Positions 24,802 to 39,379 of a stretch of 64,000 bases of DNA are shown here, piece after piece. The translations under genes were made by a program, and so were the position numbers. The first letter of the stretch is position 1, and the number at the start of each line of letters is the position of its first letter. The stretch spans positions 868,001 to 932,000 of the forward strand of contig NC_135765.1 of the NCBI RefSeq assembly GCF_052425735.1, given 5' to 3'. Under the pieces are notes generated by a model, which did not search any database, was not told where the DNA came from, and saw only the letters and a list, made by a program, of their open reading frames with translations. The DNA comes from Oculina patagonica (taxonomy: Eukaryota).

Positions 24802-27209
24802 CTTATTCAAGCCGCAAAAATAGTCACATGACCTGAAATAAAATGAAGTTGTAAGCTTAGAGCATAAATGTGTATAAACGTAATTAATTATACAGCAAAA
24901 GTAAGTATAAGCTGCAAGTAACAGGGGTGCGGCAAGGGGGAGCAAGGAACGCCTGCCGTGAAAACACCATGCCTAATTGCTTCTGTTTTCCCGAGCTCGC
25001 CAAATCTTTCTATGCGCGAACCTTAACCTCGCTTCCACTACATAAAATAAGATATTCAACTAGGCTGTATCATGAACAGAGCGGTTCAATGCATTTTATT
25101 GTAGCTGTACACAATTTTATTCGTGCAATTTCTCTTCATTTAAACAAAACACTTGCTTACACTCTGAACTTGCAATACTGTGTAACAAATATAGCACATC
25201 AATTGCAATTTGTATGCAATTCGTAGCGCGAATTCGAAATACTATAAATTATTAAAATCTCTGTGTTAAGTGACCACAGTTGTAATACATGAAACACCTG
25301 TTTAGTTCCCAAAAAAAATCATTAAATAGTCAAGTTTTATGTTCGAAATTTAGTTGAAAAATTTAATATTTTTATTCGTCAACAATCTACTCTCAAATGA
25401 ATAAATTGACGTAGTATTTGTCTTGTGCCACTGTAAATTGCTATTTCTTAATGTTTGCTAAATTAACAGTACCGATTGCCTTTAGAGGAGAAGATTTCTA
25501 TTGCAATCCAGTGAATATCAGTTTATTTGCATTGGGAAATGAAAAAATGACATGATATTTATTTTATTAAAATACAGTAGACTGATATATCTTAGTATGT
25601 TTCACAGGTAACCTGCTTAAAGTGAAACGACTTTGAATTTAAAATACCTTATTGTGTCTTACTTTCGCGGGAACTTAATTTCGCGAAATCGGAAGAGGCA
25701 AATTTCGCGAGACTAATCTTGTTGAAAGGAATAAATTTCACTAAATTGTTCCAAATGCTGATCCGCATTAACAAAGAGCCGGGCGGTCTTTGAATTGGCG
25801 GTACAAATTTTCAAGCATAGAACAAAACAAAACTTTAAACGGGTTTAGGGTCATTTTTGCTACACAATCAATTCAGTTCAATTTTATTTTTACTGAAAAC
25901 AAAATTTATACATTAAAAACGAATACAAACATATATTCAAGTTCGTCAAGAGAATTTACGCATAATAAAACTACTGCAACTGAAAAATGAATTGAAGCAC
26001 ACTAAGATACATGTACGATATGACTCCTCTCGGTTGCATGCTCGAGAGAAAGAGAGAGCAAAAACACAGTTAATCTGTAAGCTGACGTAAAATGGTTCTT
26101 AGTAAGCTATTAAAAATTTTCGTCGTTAATTTTCGCGATAATTTTTTTTTTCGCGGTTCCAAAAATTAAGTACCACGAAGATAAATCACAGTAATGTATC
26201 CCTTTTTGCACAAGCTTAATAAGGGCCGTCAATAATGTAAAAAATTCCCTGTGTGGGATGCAACAATGTTACCACGATTTATGCTAATGTTTTGACATCG
26301 AAAAAATACCATTTTAACTGCTCATTGTCAATAAGAGTTTCACTGAAGACTAAATTACTGCCTTCTCGGCATGCAAGGAGAAAAACTTACAAATTAACAA
26401 AATACGCAGAAATCAATGAGTGTTAAAAATTTATGACACAATCAAATTGAAAGAAAAAAAATTGTAGTTCATATCTTAGGCTTTCGATCCAAGCAATCAA
26501 TTGCTTCACTGTAATTATTCACCCACGTCTAGCCACGTTCGAGAGCTTGGTGTAGCGGGCGTTGATGAGGAGAAAAATTCAAGTTCTATGTCCTGCAAAA
26601 GGTCCAAATTATAAAAACAAATGAACAGAAAATTACCTCATTCAAGCGTTTCAAATATCCCTGCTTTCCTCTCGCTAGGGACAAAACTTTAACTCCACCA
26701 GCTAGAAAATAACTTTAATTTTAACAAATTTGCTCAATTTGACAGAGTGAAGTCAAACTTGATTCTTTGGATTGACTATTTCAAGTAGCTTTCCGCCGAA
26801 AAAACAACAAACTAAAGAACTATCGTTATTACGTTTTCTCCAAGCTGGCATCAGCAAATATTAGAATGAAGTTCACAATACGTTTATTTAGCTACAAGCA
26901 GCATTTGGGTTTACCTGAGAACTATACAGTTTATACTTAACACTATAAAACATTTTTAACATGCCGTGATTTTTCGATTTTAATAGTTAACAAGAACATT
27001 TCAGTTTATCTCAGTTATAGCGTTCAAACACTATTCAATTTCACCTATTACGTAATTAAATTTGCAACAAAGAATAGAAAATTATTTTTACTAAAGAACT
27101 TTAAAACTTCGGAATAACTATAAACTGATGGGTATTCTTCGTGAACAGCGGCATGTATTTCAGTTTTTCCTTTCCTTGTTGGCCATTTTACTGTTTGTTC
27201 TTCAAAAAC

Positions 27210-27210
<1 letters not shown>

Positions 27211-27250
<40 letters not shown>
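27211..27250. repeat. (TAA)n microsatellite, possibly a LINE 3' tail
   Basis: About 13 TAA units followed by CTTTATT. Confidence 0.85.
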
Positions 27251-27251
<1 letters not shown>

Positions 27252-27661
27252 TTTATTATCGTGTCAAACTGTAGTAGCTGAGGGGAAAAGTCCCCTCTAC
27301 TAATTGTGGACACCTAACCTGCCTAACTAAAAACGTAATTAATATATATAATTACAAACCCCATGGAGGTGTTTAAAATTTAATGACTGGAATCGAAAGT
27401 GTCAGGCATAGTTAATGAAACCTGCTATTTTAAGAGGTATTCTCAGAGCTAGCCCTCAATCATTCTGGTCAGCAACATAACTGTGAGACAATGTAAAAGA
27501 GCTTCTTGGCTATTTTTGTTCCCAGGACCTTAGCCGTTTGCGTTTGGCAGAACAGTTGGCGTCGGTACCAAAGGCCCAAGAGATGACGCCAACCGACCCC
27601 AAGAGATGACATTGGTAGCCGAATAAATTTCAATGAAAACGGCTGCATCCAATCCCTCTTA

Positions 27662-27811
27662 AGCCTGGTTTTCACAAGCGACGCAAGCACAAGCGCAAGC
27701 ACAATATTTCACCGTGAAAAAGGCTTCCACTCAAGCAAAAGCACAAGCGCATTGCATTTTGACCCGGCAAGCACAAGCACTTGTGCTTGCGTCGCTAGTG
27801 AAAACCAGGCT
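27662..27811. mobile_element. 150-bp PIF/Harbinger-type MITE
   Basis: TIR AGCCTGGTTTTCAC(A/T)AGCGACGCAAGCACAAG at both ends. 3-bp TSD TTA at 27659-27661 and 27812-27814. Internal GCAAGCACAA repeats. Confidence 0.88.
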
Positions 27812-27994
27812 TTACTCCCAATTCCAGTCTTGGTTCCAGGTTACATACGCACATCAGATATTTTGGCCCACTTAAGAGGTCTAAAAAGAGGTTTCCGTCT
27901 ATGGGAGGTCTGACTTTCTCTAAAAGACGCGTTACCTCCCTTTTGGTGTCGAAGCTTGCAACAAGTGGGAATTGAGGATAAGTTAAAACAAATG

Positions 27995-28153
27995 NNNNNN
28001 NNNNNNNNNNNNNNNNNNNNNNNNNNNNNNNNNNNNNNNNNNNNNNNNNNNNNNNNNNNNNNNNNNNNNNNNNNNNNNNNNNNNNNNNNNNNNNNNNNNN
28101 NNNNNNNNNNNNNNNNNNNNNNNNNNNNNNNNNNNNNNNNNNNNNNNNNNNNN
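27995..28153. other. Assembly gap (159 N)
   Basis: Run of N. Confidence 1.
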
Positions 28154-28384
28154 AGGCGCTCTTCCAAGCACTGAAAGAGTATTCGCTTCTTAGTCAAGAA
28201 AATTGACCAGAATAGGAATTGAAATTGTCTCATCAACTCATTGGACAGGAGATTGAAATTTATATGAGTCGAATGAGTCGATGAGTCATATTTGAAAAAG
28301 TCTACGAGTCAAATTTAAATTACACTTATTAATTTGTAGCTATAGTGCTGCGCTAACTAAAGTCAAATAAAAGCTAAACCGTGT

Positions 28385-29120
28385 GCAAACCAGAGTGGAA
28401 CTAATTGCAAGCAAACCAAGCAAACTGGAGTTCAACTAACCGCAAGTAAACCAACTGGAGTAGAACTAACACGGAAGCAAGCTAGTGGAACTTTCAAGAA
28501 GCAAACCAAAGTGGCATTCGCCACCAAGACCCAGAGTGGAACTAACCGCATCAAGCAAACCAAAGTGTAGCCAACCGCAAGCATACCAGAGTGGAACTAA
28601 CCGCGAGCATACAAGAGTGGAACTAACCGCGAGCATACCAGAGTGGAACTAACCGCGAGCATACAAGAGTGGAACTAACCGCAACCATACAAGAGTGGAA
28701 CTAACCGCAAGCATACCAGAGTGGAACTAACCGCGAGCATACCAGAGTGGAACTAACCGCAAGCATACCAGAGTGGAACTAACCGCAAGCAAACCGGAGT
28801 GGAACTAACTGCAAGTAAACCAGAATGAAACTAACCGCAAGCAAACCAGAATGGAACTAACCGCAAGTAAAACAGAGTGGAACTAACCGCAAGCAAACCA
28901 AAGTGGAACTAACCAGATCAAGCAAACCAGAGTGGAACTAACCGCATCAAGCAAACCGTAGTGGAACAAGCCGCAAGGAAAACAGAGTGGAGCTAACCGC
29001 ATAAATCAAACCGGAGTGGGGCTAACCAGATCAAGCATACCAGAGTGGAACTAACCCATCAAGAAAACCGTAGTGCAACTAGTAGCAAGCAAACCAGAGT
29101 GGAACTAACCGCAACAAACT
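28385..29120. repeat. 26-bp minisatellite, consensus CCAGAGTGGAACTAACCGCAAGCAWA, about 25-28 copies
   Basis: Head-to-tail units without spacers, most homogeneous at 28585-28790. One stray unit near 29295. Confidence 0.93.
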
Positions 29121-31144
29121 GGAGTCGACAGCCTCTCCCACGGGTTTCAGGGAACATATGGGAGCAAAAGAAAAATAAAACTGGGAACAGGGAATACCAA
29201 AATCGAAGAAATGCTTTTAGGGAACATTGGAACACAAGGAATATTTTGTTGGCCATGGGAGCAAGGGAACATGGGCCCCTTAGAAGGCCCTATGTGGAAC
29301 TAATCGCAAGCAAACTGGAGTGCTTTCTTCATAGACTTAATAGAGTAAAGAGAAAATAGAATCCTGGCAAAAGTCTATAAATTTATGAACTTTTGTTACT
29401 AGAAATCGCTCAAGACTATGATAAATAACGTCTGAAGATAAATTCGTGCGTGTCATTTCTCGTTTCTATGTTATGGTAATCATAGATCTTATTTTAAAAC
29501 TACCGTAACAAATTAGCTGTCAAAATGAATGATCAAACAATTGTACGGATAACTAAACATTGAAATTAACTAAAGCCATACAACCGTGACAGAGCGCGAA
29601 AATTCCATGTAATTTAAATTAACATAATTAAGGCGCGATTTGTTGAGTCTTGTCCAAACTTGGACAACATTATCATAAATTAAAATAATTTAACCATTTT
29701 CGTACATAAAAGAATGAAGCAAACAACGTGTAAGAGCATATCCTTGTGTTGCGTAAGGAATTGGTAATTTATTTAGAGGTTGCGATCCATGTTTGGGTGA
29801 ACATGTTATAAAAGACAAGAAAGACACTCAAAAGATCTTCCATATAACGAGTTTATTTGTCAGAGTCTGTGATGAACTTAAAGTAAGAATGTTATGTGTC
29901 TTCCGTGGCAATTAAGCCGGATGAGTTAATGACGTAGAGCTATAAAGGTAAGTGATAAATACAAACTCTGACGTCCCGTTAAAACGGAGATATTTAGCAA
30001 AGCACTTTTACCAATTTTACCAGCAAGAGAACATTAAAGTTGTTGGGGGTTATGTATTTTAATGGTTATGTGGGGTTTGGTATTTTCTGCACCCAAAGGA
30101 TTAAACTTCTATCCGTCACTGCCTTTCAGTGAACAGTTTCCGGGCATAATAGGCGAGAGCTAAAGCTCACTTGATCAGTATTTTAATCAACAAGAAGATT
30201 CCCTTTTTGAAATACATCGACTTTAAGTTATCGAAGAATTTAGATGTTGAGCACCGAAATTGTTGGGGCGGGAGGAACTGAATTCTAAACTGCAATAAAG
30301 TTGTCGCTTGCTATGCGACTCTGTTGTTCTGTAACTGAAGATTGTTCAGTCCTTGGTACAAAAAAAAACTAACTGTCTCGTCTTGTTGCAAAAAACTTGA
30401 GGCCAGAATTTGAAGGTAACAATATATTTTTTCTTCTTACCACAGAGACGTGACTCAAGGCACATGAATAAATTTGATTTCTTTTCTAGTGAAAATGCCA
30501 ATTGACGTCATGTAGTGTGCGCGCAATTGCGCGCAATTTCCAGAATTGTTTCTTTGAGATTGTTTGTTTATACAAAGTACGTATAGACATGGAACAGAAA
30601 TTTGAAATGCTACAAGAACACTAGTTTTCATTTGCGCTATGGGTATTAAGAGCTAGAAATGTTACCTCCATGCATCAACAACAGAATTACTCTGCCTGCA
30701 ATACTGTTTATTAGTCTTAAATCCATAGAAACTCGCAATCAATAAATAACCCGGTCAAACGAGAAGAAACGCACTTATTGATTATTTTCTTGGGCTTTTC
30801 TAGTCTTTCTCGCAAATAAAACGGCTCAAAGGAAATTTTACGGTGTGCTCATTACATCTTATTTTCTTCATGACCGTGACTAAATTCCATAGTTCAATGC
30901 GTCACTTAACTTTTTTATTAACTTTTCATTTTGCAAAACGAATGCGTCAAATATTGCCATTTACGTATTTTCCAAATCTTCTCAAAAGAAAGAGAAAAAA
31001 TATCTCACGATACAGAGAAATCCCGAAATGTAGAAGTGCTAAGGGACTCGTTGTTACTGACGGGGGTTTGTTATACTGGGGTTCTGTTTCAATATATTTT
31101 ACTGTTAGTAACTTCGGTCCGGCTGAAGAATATCGTTCATTATT

Positions 31145-31305
31145 AATAACTAGCAATGGTATATTGCAATTTCTGAGTTTTGACTGGTTAACAGGCAATG
31201 GTTTATGAGCTCATATACCATTGACCACAAAAACGGTGGTATATGCGTCAACGAGAGCAGCCGGGAAGCTCAAATATTGCAATTCTTTGCGTGTTTTTAA
31301 TAAAA

Positions 31306-31339
<34 letters not shown>

Positions 31340-31364
31340 CGTTATAGCCAACTCGGCGCTAGGT

Positions 31365-31405
<41 letters not shown>

Positions 31406-31420
31406 GTGGAATAATTGTTA
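31145..31420. mobile_element. Short non-autonomous element with a long terminal hairpin, nested in an older repeat
   Basis: Imperfect palindrome GTTGGATATGAGAT..ATAGCCAAC...GTTGGCTAT..ATCTCATATCCAAC (about 31318-31402). The host repeat motif GGCTGAAGAATATCGTTC occurs on both sides. Confidence 0.55.
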
Positions 31421-34400
31421 ATTATACTTCGTTATAAGGGGGTCCGTTATACCGGGTTTCGGGTTCGGGTTGGATTCGCGGTGTGTTTTGCCGGGGCTGA
31501 AGAATATCGTTCGTTATACTGGGAGCTTCGTTGTAATAGGTATTCTGCTGTTCTACTGTATTTGTACTCTAGAAGTCCGGGTTAACAGGTTATTTGTAGC
31601 CCTCTTTCTTTCTTCTGACTACTAGGATGGAGCAGAAAACAATCAAAGTTAGTGTTTCAACATTGTAGGATAACAAAGCTCTAATTGGACACTTTAGTGT
31701 GTAGTTTTATCACTGTATACAACACGCACTGCTATAATTCAGTATATGTACATCAAGTGTACCTGTACAGCATGTACACTTAAGCCCTACGAACTCTCTA
31801 AAATGCTTCAAGTATTGTGAAAATATTAAGCAAAGGCGTGTAGCATACAACGACTAGGCGGAGAGAGAAGCAGTGCTTCTAAATGCATTACGCTACGTAA
31901 TGTAGATGAACACAATACCTGCTGTGGTAGCCACTGATTAGGCATAGTAAGAGACTGTCGGTACTTCTTGTTCTCATAAAGAAAGTACGTAGAGATGAAT
32001 AAGAGGAACTTGCGTGTTGAACTTTCTCACCCCTCGTAAGCGTTTAGTTTTGGTTTCGGGGAAATTTGACCCCAGTTTCATTCACCACCTTTAGACCCCC
32101 CCACCCCTTCCTCCCGCTCTGTTGCGATTGACCGGTAATACTTGATACTGACTGGAGAGATTAGACAAGAAATGAGGAAGATTACTTCTTAATCTTTTCA
32201 GTATTTCCCATTTCAGGGATTATCATCTAATTTCTCCATACAACATCAATACAATTTCAAGCAGACAGGCGATGAGAATAAAGTAAATCATCAGCTGGAG
32301 GATATTGTCTTAGTGTTCCACCAAGCTCTCAGAATTAACAATGAAATACATAGCAACAATGGACTCCTGTCTGGGCAACTCTGATTCAAAAATAATTCCG
32401 GCACCTTAGCTGCAGTGCATTTTTTTTGATGTGTGTGTAGCTGATAAATTGATACTGTAGTTTTCCTTGCTTTCTCAGTTTTTATTAAGAAACCAAAACG
32501 ATAAAAACATGTAGACTGAAGCGACTTTACAAGCTGACGTGCAAAGTCACGCTCATAAAAATGTATGTAAAGAAAACTGCGATATGTGTGCTATAGAAGG
32601 ACCATCATTCATCAATTACATTCAAATACGTTAACTCGACTGAAACAAAAAATGACAGTACTAATCACAGTAATCACTGTTTATATCGCGTGTTGTTTTT
32701 CCACCTTGAACTCTGCTTTACTAGGTTTTTCTTTGCTGAGCCTTATCGCAGGTTGGATCTTTCTAAATTTACTTTCCACCATCTATAGCCTCCTATCTAT
32801 AGCTCGACGGCTCGACCAACAAAAACAAGCAAGTCGTTCAAGTGTGGCAGCATAGAGCTGCGAGGCGTGCTGATTGAACTTTCATTTTTCATTCGAAATA
32901 TTTTGCATGCTGTTTACAGTAACCGTTCATGCAGCTAATGTTAGAGTAGCATTTCGCAATATGTTTATTATCTGACTCCGCGGGTAGGCCGTTATTTCGT
33001 GTGTCGCGGTCATGCATGTCACCACAATCAAACACTATTGAGCGCACATCAAGTCCTGCTAATTTAGAACCATAAATTACAATTATTGTATTGTCAATGG
33101 TTAATGTACCTTGTGAAAACTGAATAACTGTCAGAGAAAAGGGCTATATTGAAAAAAATATCCGTTGCGCAAGTGAGAGTATTTTACAGAAAGTTCCATC
33201 TTGGATGATCAGCTTTGTTTTTGCAAGTTTTTTCTTCCCGACTATCGCAGCGCGAAATTTATGTTGATCAGTCAGGTAAGTTCGGCGAAAACGCGGTTTC
33301 TGTGCAAATTTGCATGCAAAAGACAATAAACCTCGCAATTGTCGACTAGATTTTGTTCTCATAATTCTTCAGAGTTTTAATTCACTAATAGCTGAAAAAA
33401 GGAACCTATACAAATTTTAACTTGCTTGGCAAAACTTGACGATAAATGTTATATTCCGTTATATGGACCTGCATTTAGTTTTGTAAACATCAAATTGTCT
33501 ATTTTGTTAATACACGGTGACAAAAAACTTGAAACTATAAAATCTTCTCCTTTTTCTTTTTCCTTTTTTGACTTTTAAACGTTCGTAATTTTCGACTGGC
33601 AGCGCATTGCTTGTATTGAATCGCAGTATTTTTTTATTCACTCAAAAAAAAATACTGTTTATGCGTTCCGCGCCAGTTCCTTAGCTAGTGCGCCATTTTT
33701 TCGCGCCCAGTCAAAGGCTAATTATTAAATATAGGTTTTATCACTGAGTGCAACCCTCAGAGGATCATTCGCAACACAACACGCTGAGGGTATGAGCTAC
33801 GGAGCAACAGTAAATTATTATAACGTTTAATCTGTGGATAAATCCAGACGCTTGGAGTCGGAAGCTAGCACAACGGGGGCCAGCGACTAGTTGAGTCTCG
33901 AATACTCCGCCGGGAATATGATTTTGGTCGTGTACTCTGCTGGGTCGAAGCGCACTTTAGCTTGGATGCGAACAGGCCGCCAAAAGTTGTATCGATTTAT
34001 AGGTAAGGATCCTGTAAATAGCATGCGTATACTACATACTGCATAAATCTAAACAAGGCACCTATATATAGTTAACGCTTTGAGTACAGTTATTATAGTG
34101 TTTTAAAATTCAGACGTTCTCGATCGCAGAATCATGAATCAGCAATAACAGACAGTATTGATGCTAAATTATATTTGATGCACGTTTTATCGACAAACTG
34201 GGCTCAGAACTGGAAAAAGATTTCCATTTTAGCAGAATATTGCTTCGTGTTTTGCAGTTTTGGTTTGCACATGTGCTTGATTTTACTAAATTTTGAAAAC
34301 ATACAAACTTTTGAAAACAAGTAACCAAATTCACCAGGGCCACTGAACGAAATGGATCTCTTGTCCAGCAGATATTATACACCTCCATTTTTATAAATTT

Positions 34401-36799
34401 ACAGTGATAATCAAGTTGAGTAAAGGTGCGTAGTCTAGAGTGTTCTTATAGTATTAAATGTGTTAGCAATGCTGACGGTCCAAACGTTTGTAAACAACTA
34501 CAATTTGTGACTGTAGCACTTAACCTGCATGCGAATAGCCACCCTTTACTGGAGATCCTGTAGCAAGTTACTACTAAATATCACCAAAGGCCTTATATTA
34601 ACGCTACTGCTTTATTACGTTACGATACCATACTTCAGTAATCGATTTTACTCAGTATCAGAACTCTGATACAATCTGAGCTGTTTTGATAGAAGCCGCC
34701 CGGTGTAGAGGGACATTATCTGATTGCATGACTTTTCCAGAATTGAAAATGTACAAATCAGCTTAAGAGGAATTCAGATTTCTCGAACCTCCAAATGAAA
34801 CAAAAACTGGTTAGAGATTGAGAAACAGGAGTTGAAATTACAGTACTAGACCCAAGGGAAACGGCTTTTGGTACGAGTTATTTATCACGGGTTAGAAAAA
34901 TCGATCGGGGCTATAGAAATTGGCATTCCGGCTGTACTAAACTTATGCTTGGACGTTATCTTGTGTGCAATTCAACTGTTCGGAACTGTTTTGCGCTGTT
35001 AAGAAATTAACTATGAAAAATTAACTAGAAATTTTGCGTCAGACGTACGGGGACATTATTTTTCTACAAAATTTGTAATAGTTTCGCGCTATGCGCATTA
35101 TTTACTAGAACCGTTACCTTGCGTGAGAAGGCCCGGGACGTTGAAATTGAATTTTTTTGTTTTCAAAAACCTTAGTTTTTAATTTTTCTACATACCTCAT
35201 GGTCTGACTGTTTAATTTTTACACAAAAATGATGAAATACATCCCTACCCTTTGGCAGTATACTACAACTTTGTGAACTTAGCTTATTCAACTTGCAACA
35301 CTGTACCCTAAGGCGATGAACCCCCCAGAAGCTTCAAGAAAAACAAAAAATAGTGCAAAATGGAATAGCAACTGAAAAAAAGAAATATCAGTATTTGAAG
35401 GAAAATTCTTGATTAGCCTACATGAGGGTCTATTATAGGGGGTCATACAGTCCGCAAACCGCCATATTTTGTTCTTCCTAGACCGTAAAAGGCGCAAATT
35501 GCTTTGGTTTTCTTCTAAACATCTGAACCGTCATATACAATAAAACCCGCCAAATAAATACAAATGTACCCGCAAACCAACACTCAAAATTGGATTAAAA
35601 TGCCAAACATCACGCGAATTGTTCGAACCCCTTTTGAAGTAACTTTGAAAAGGGATAGTTCTCGGAGGTGCAACAATTGATTTGAGTTTCATTCATATCT
35701 CATGTATTGCTAGTTGTTTCATATCTATGGAAGCTATTACCTAGTTGCGCGCTAATTTCAATTTTCCAATTTTTTCGCGCAGGTTATTTGATGAATGGGA
35801 AACTTCAAATGTTTAACACACTTGTATAAAGTTATAGCTGAAGATAAATTGCTCCAAGTTTGTCCACGCCGTTTTGAATTTGTCCCTCTATGAAAAGAAA
35901 TTGTAGATTTTTTGGCTCTTTTAGGAGAGAAACGGTTAGCGGCTTTACGCGAGGACAGGTGAAAGTCATGATTTTACATGAGGGTAATCGAAATGTGAGG
36001 CAGTGTTTAGATACTTGATTTGCGTGTAAGCTGTAGATTTTACCGTATTAAAACATTGTAAAAAACGGAATCACCATGCAGTTTAGTAGTTCTCTAGTAT
36101 GGGAGCGAAACGGTAAATCGACACGAAAAATTGTTTTTGAACCATTCTTGCAGTCAGATTTGTACGACTAGGTATTAAGCTTATCTCGACTCAGTCTAGA
36201 TCTGCGGCGTTCGGGAAGGAAACAAAACTGCGAAACAGTTTTTCTGCGCGCGTTTTCACATCTCTCAAAAATTGCTTCGAAAAATCGGGGGTAAAATTAC
36301 AGAGAAGTACTATCCAAGGAAAAGGAAAATAACAAGGCTTATTTAGGCTCACAACTTGAACTAGTCCGAGACTGTTTTTTATTATGATTATTTTACTGTC
36401 AGAGCCGACAAAACAACTTCAGAAATGTTGACAATCGATTCAGACGGAGCAGCGTCGAAAAAGATTTGTTGTTTTCAGTTTTTGTTTGTCTCGTGTCGTC
36501 ATGACGACGTTGTCATGACGACACGAGATAATTGTACAGGGGGATATTTTCCCGCCATGTCAATATTTTTCCCGCCATGTCAATATCTTTCCCGCCATGT
36601 CAACATTTGCTTTGTGAGGCCGCGGAATTTTCCCGCCATGTTAACATTTGTTTTGTGATCGGATGCCGCCGGAATTTCATATCAAAGAATAATTGTTTCT
36701 TTACAAAGGTCGCAACTAAAGCGCTGGTTTATCAAACAGTAAGTTAGGAGTATTTATTGTAAAGGGCTTATTATGTAAAAATACAGGCACGCTAAAAAG

Positions 36800-37200
36800 A
36801 GATGACGTTTTTTTCTGAACTTGCAGCAAACGAGCAAATTTTAAGTGGTCTAACAGGCAATAAAAATGGAACAGAATTAAGGCCTCCTTTAGCTGGCAAC
36901 AGTGCCTATCCGCTAACGAACTGGCTAGTGAAACCCTACCCGGACAGAGGACGCCTGACTCAGGAGCAGCGAAAGTTTAAAACCTAAAGTTCGGTGCGCT
37001 ACGATCTGTAGTGGAACGAGCATTTGGCATGTTGAAAGTTCGTTGGAGAATTGCGTTGAAAAAGGTTGAACAAAAAACGAGCATCATTAAAAAGACTATG
37101 ATTGCTACGTGACTTTTGCACAACTTTGTATTGAAAGGGGTGACCTTTGTGGCATGAATAACAACAATTTAATAACAGAAGATAAACGATTAGATAAAGA
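36800..37200 (+). pseudogene. PIF/Harbinger (HARBI1-like, DDE_Tnp_4) transposase relic
   Basis: LAGNSAYPLTNWLVKPYPDRGRLTQEQRKF, then after a frameshift RSVVERAFGMLKVRWRI. This matches the GDSAYPL...PY...R..VERAFGMLK.RWR signature, but the catalytic D is replaced by N and there are stops and frameshifts. Confidence 0.85.
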
Positions 37201-38779
37201 CAATTATTTTGATGCCAAATCTTTAAAAATGTCAACTGTGGCGTTTGTTTGTTCAAATCTAGCGTTGTGCTGTTCCATACTTTTTCCCACATTTCAATAA
37301 AAGAACTCTGCCAGTCTGGAGTCGTACTTTTTTGCCTTTCTTTTTTCAGGCGGTTCTGATTCATCGAGAGAAACATTTACACTTTCGATTTGCAAAGCCC
37401 GGCCTCGTTTACACTCGGCTCTGAGGTAAAGGTAGAACTCAATGTATGACCGAAAGAGGGAAATTATATTTGATGAGTTTTCTTAGGATTGAAGAGCAGA
37501 AATGTCAATCTAAAGCGCAAAACATACATTGCTTTTTTATTTTCTTGACCCGAAGATTGACCTGAGTCAAGAGGCACTACATGTAGCTTCATATATCCTG
37601 CTGTGAATTCCACGCTACAATGGACACAACAGACGACAACAACAGCCTTTTCAGTGCATGAATGAAGCTCTTAAGAGGAATACACGTAGATGTGACGCAT
37701 TTTTTTCTTTAAATTAGCTGTACGCTTTTCAATTTTGGATATATTTGAGCTGCAGCCAGCAGTTATCAAGAAAAATACAGACAAGTTTTACGTTCTTAAA
37801 ATAACATTCTAACCTTTGCCGACAAGATTGTACTGAAAATCAATGAAATTAATTGTAACTCAAGCAGAAAACGCGTAGAAGAAGAATGAAATACACCAGG
37901 TAATTACAAACGCATAATACAATGTACTAACCGAAAGAGAGAAATTATATTGATGAGTTTTAGAACGGATCTGAAAAGCAGAAGTGTCTAATAATCAACA
38001 AGATGTCATTAGATGGACCTGCCTGTAAATTTTTCGTTGTCGTTGTTGTGCATATAACGCTAGTATACCGCAACTTAAATTGAGCGAGAAAAGCAGTTTT
38101 TAACATTAAAGCTCTAAAATCTCTTTGGAGTGTCTTGTCTTGTGGTCGCTTGTAAAGTTTTAATTTGTGCAATTGTGAGATGTATCAGAATAACAGCTTC
38201 ACGTTGCCAATTTAAAGAATAGCGTGCATTCATTTGATATCTATTATTTTATCTTGAGAGTTTTGGAAAGTAGTTGAAAATCATTTCTGTTTACCAAGCG
38301 TAGGAAAATGGTGGATGTTTCAACAGGATATTTACTGTAACAACTGTATTTATAGAGATTACAGTCGTGGAATATAGCAGATATAGCTTTTATATCAACG
38401 TAACTAGTATCTAATGGTAAAAATGTTGCTGAAAGAGAGGACGATGGAAATATCAGTTGTTCGATCGGTAAGCATTGTTCTTATCTTTGTGCAGACAACT
38501 TTTTTTAAATTTAGCCGCGGCAACAGATTGTATCGGGGTTAAAGAGGGATTGTAATCTAAGCAATTAGTTGGTCGGGATTGAATGTCAAAGTTAATCTTG
38601 CACACATAACACATGTCGTTTGAACAAAAGGTTTGAATCGTTTGAATCGTTAGTCGATTGAATACCCAACCATTTTAAAGTTATGACCAGTTATGGTACA
38701 GCATAGTAAGCTCTGTGTAGAAGTTAAAGTCTCTCTTTAAAAGTGAGATTTGTGCGAGTTAAACACTACTACATAGTTT

Positions 38780-39379
38780 ATTGCTGGTTTTCACTGTCAC
38801 GCAATCAAAAAATAAATTCGAAACCATTCAACTACAGAAGCTATGAATTTCAAATATTATAGATGATAAATAGATAAACAATTCCTCCAAGTTTCGGGTC
38901 TGTGCGGTGTACCGTTCGCGAGTTATTTTCCGAACCTTTCCACGCAAATTTATAAAGCTTAGTATGGAGCCGCCATAACTGTGTCCTGCCGAGGGACACA
39001 GTAATGGCCGCCGTGATGTCAGAGAAACCATCTGGAACTCAATTCTGTTTACAACAGCGGCCATCCTTGGCTTAAGAGCTAGTACACTTTCACATAAACA
39101 CCACTTATTATATCTGAAATGTTCAATCTGCACAAAATGGAAAGGAAAGGCCTTTTTTCAAACAAAACAGCTTTGTCACGGCACTCAGCTTGATGTCACA
39201 TACGACGGAGAACTCAAATATTCAAAATGCTCTGTTTTAAAAACGAATGACACTATCGATCTGGAAATTTGCAAAAATATATATTTTTAGTTTATCTTTC
39301 GCCTAATGACAACGAAAATTTAGCAGGCCTAGTCAATTTTGATTTCAGAATTTTATGACGTAACATGAAAACCAAGAAT
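38780..39379. mobile_element. About 600-bp non-autonomous TIR element
   Basis: Imperfect TIRs ATTGCTGGTTTTCACTGTCACG and CGTAACATGAAAACCAAGAAT. Confidence 0.55.

Noticed and set aside
28385-29120. CRISPR-like array
   Set aside because: Units are contiguous with no unique spacers, there are no cas genes, and the context is eukaryotic. It is a minisatellite.
29400-36400. Short ORFs (60-121 aa) in the intergenic region
   Set aside because: No recognisable domains or consistent exon chain; the region looks like decayed repeats.
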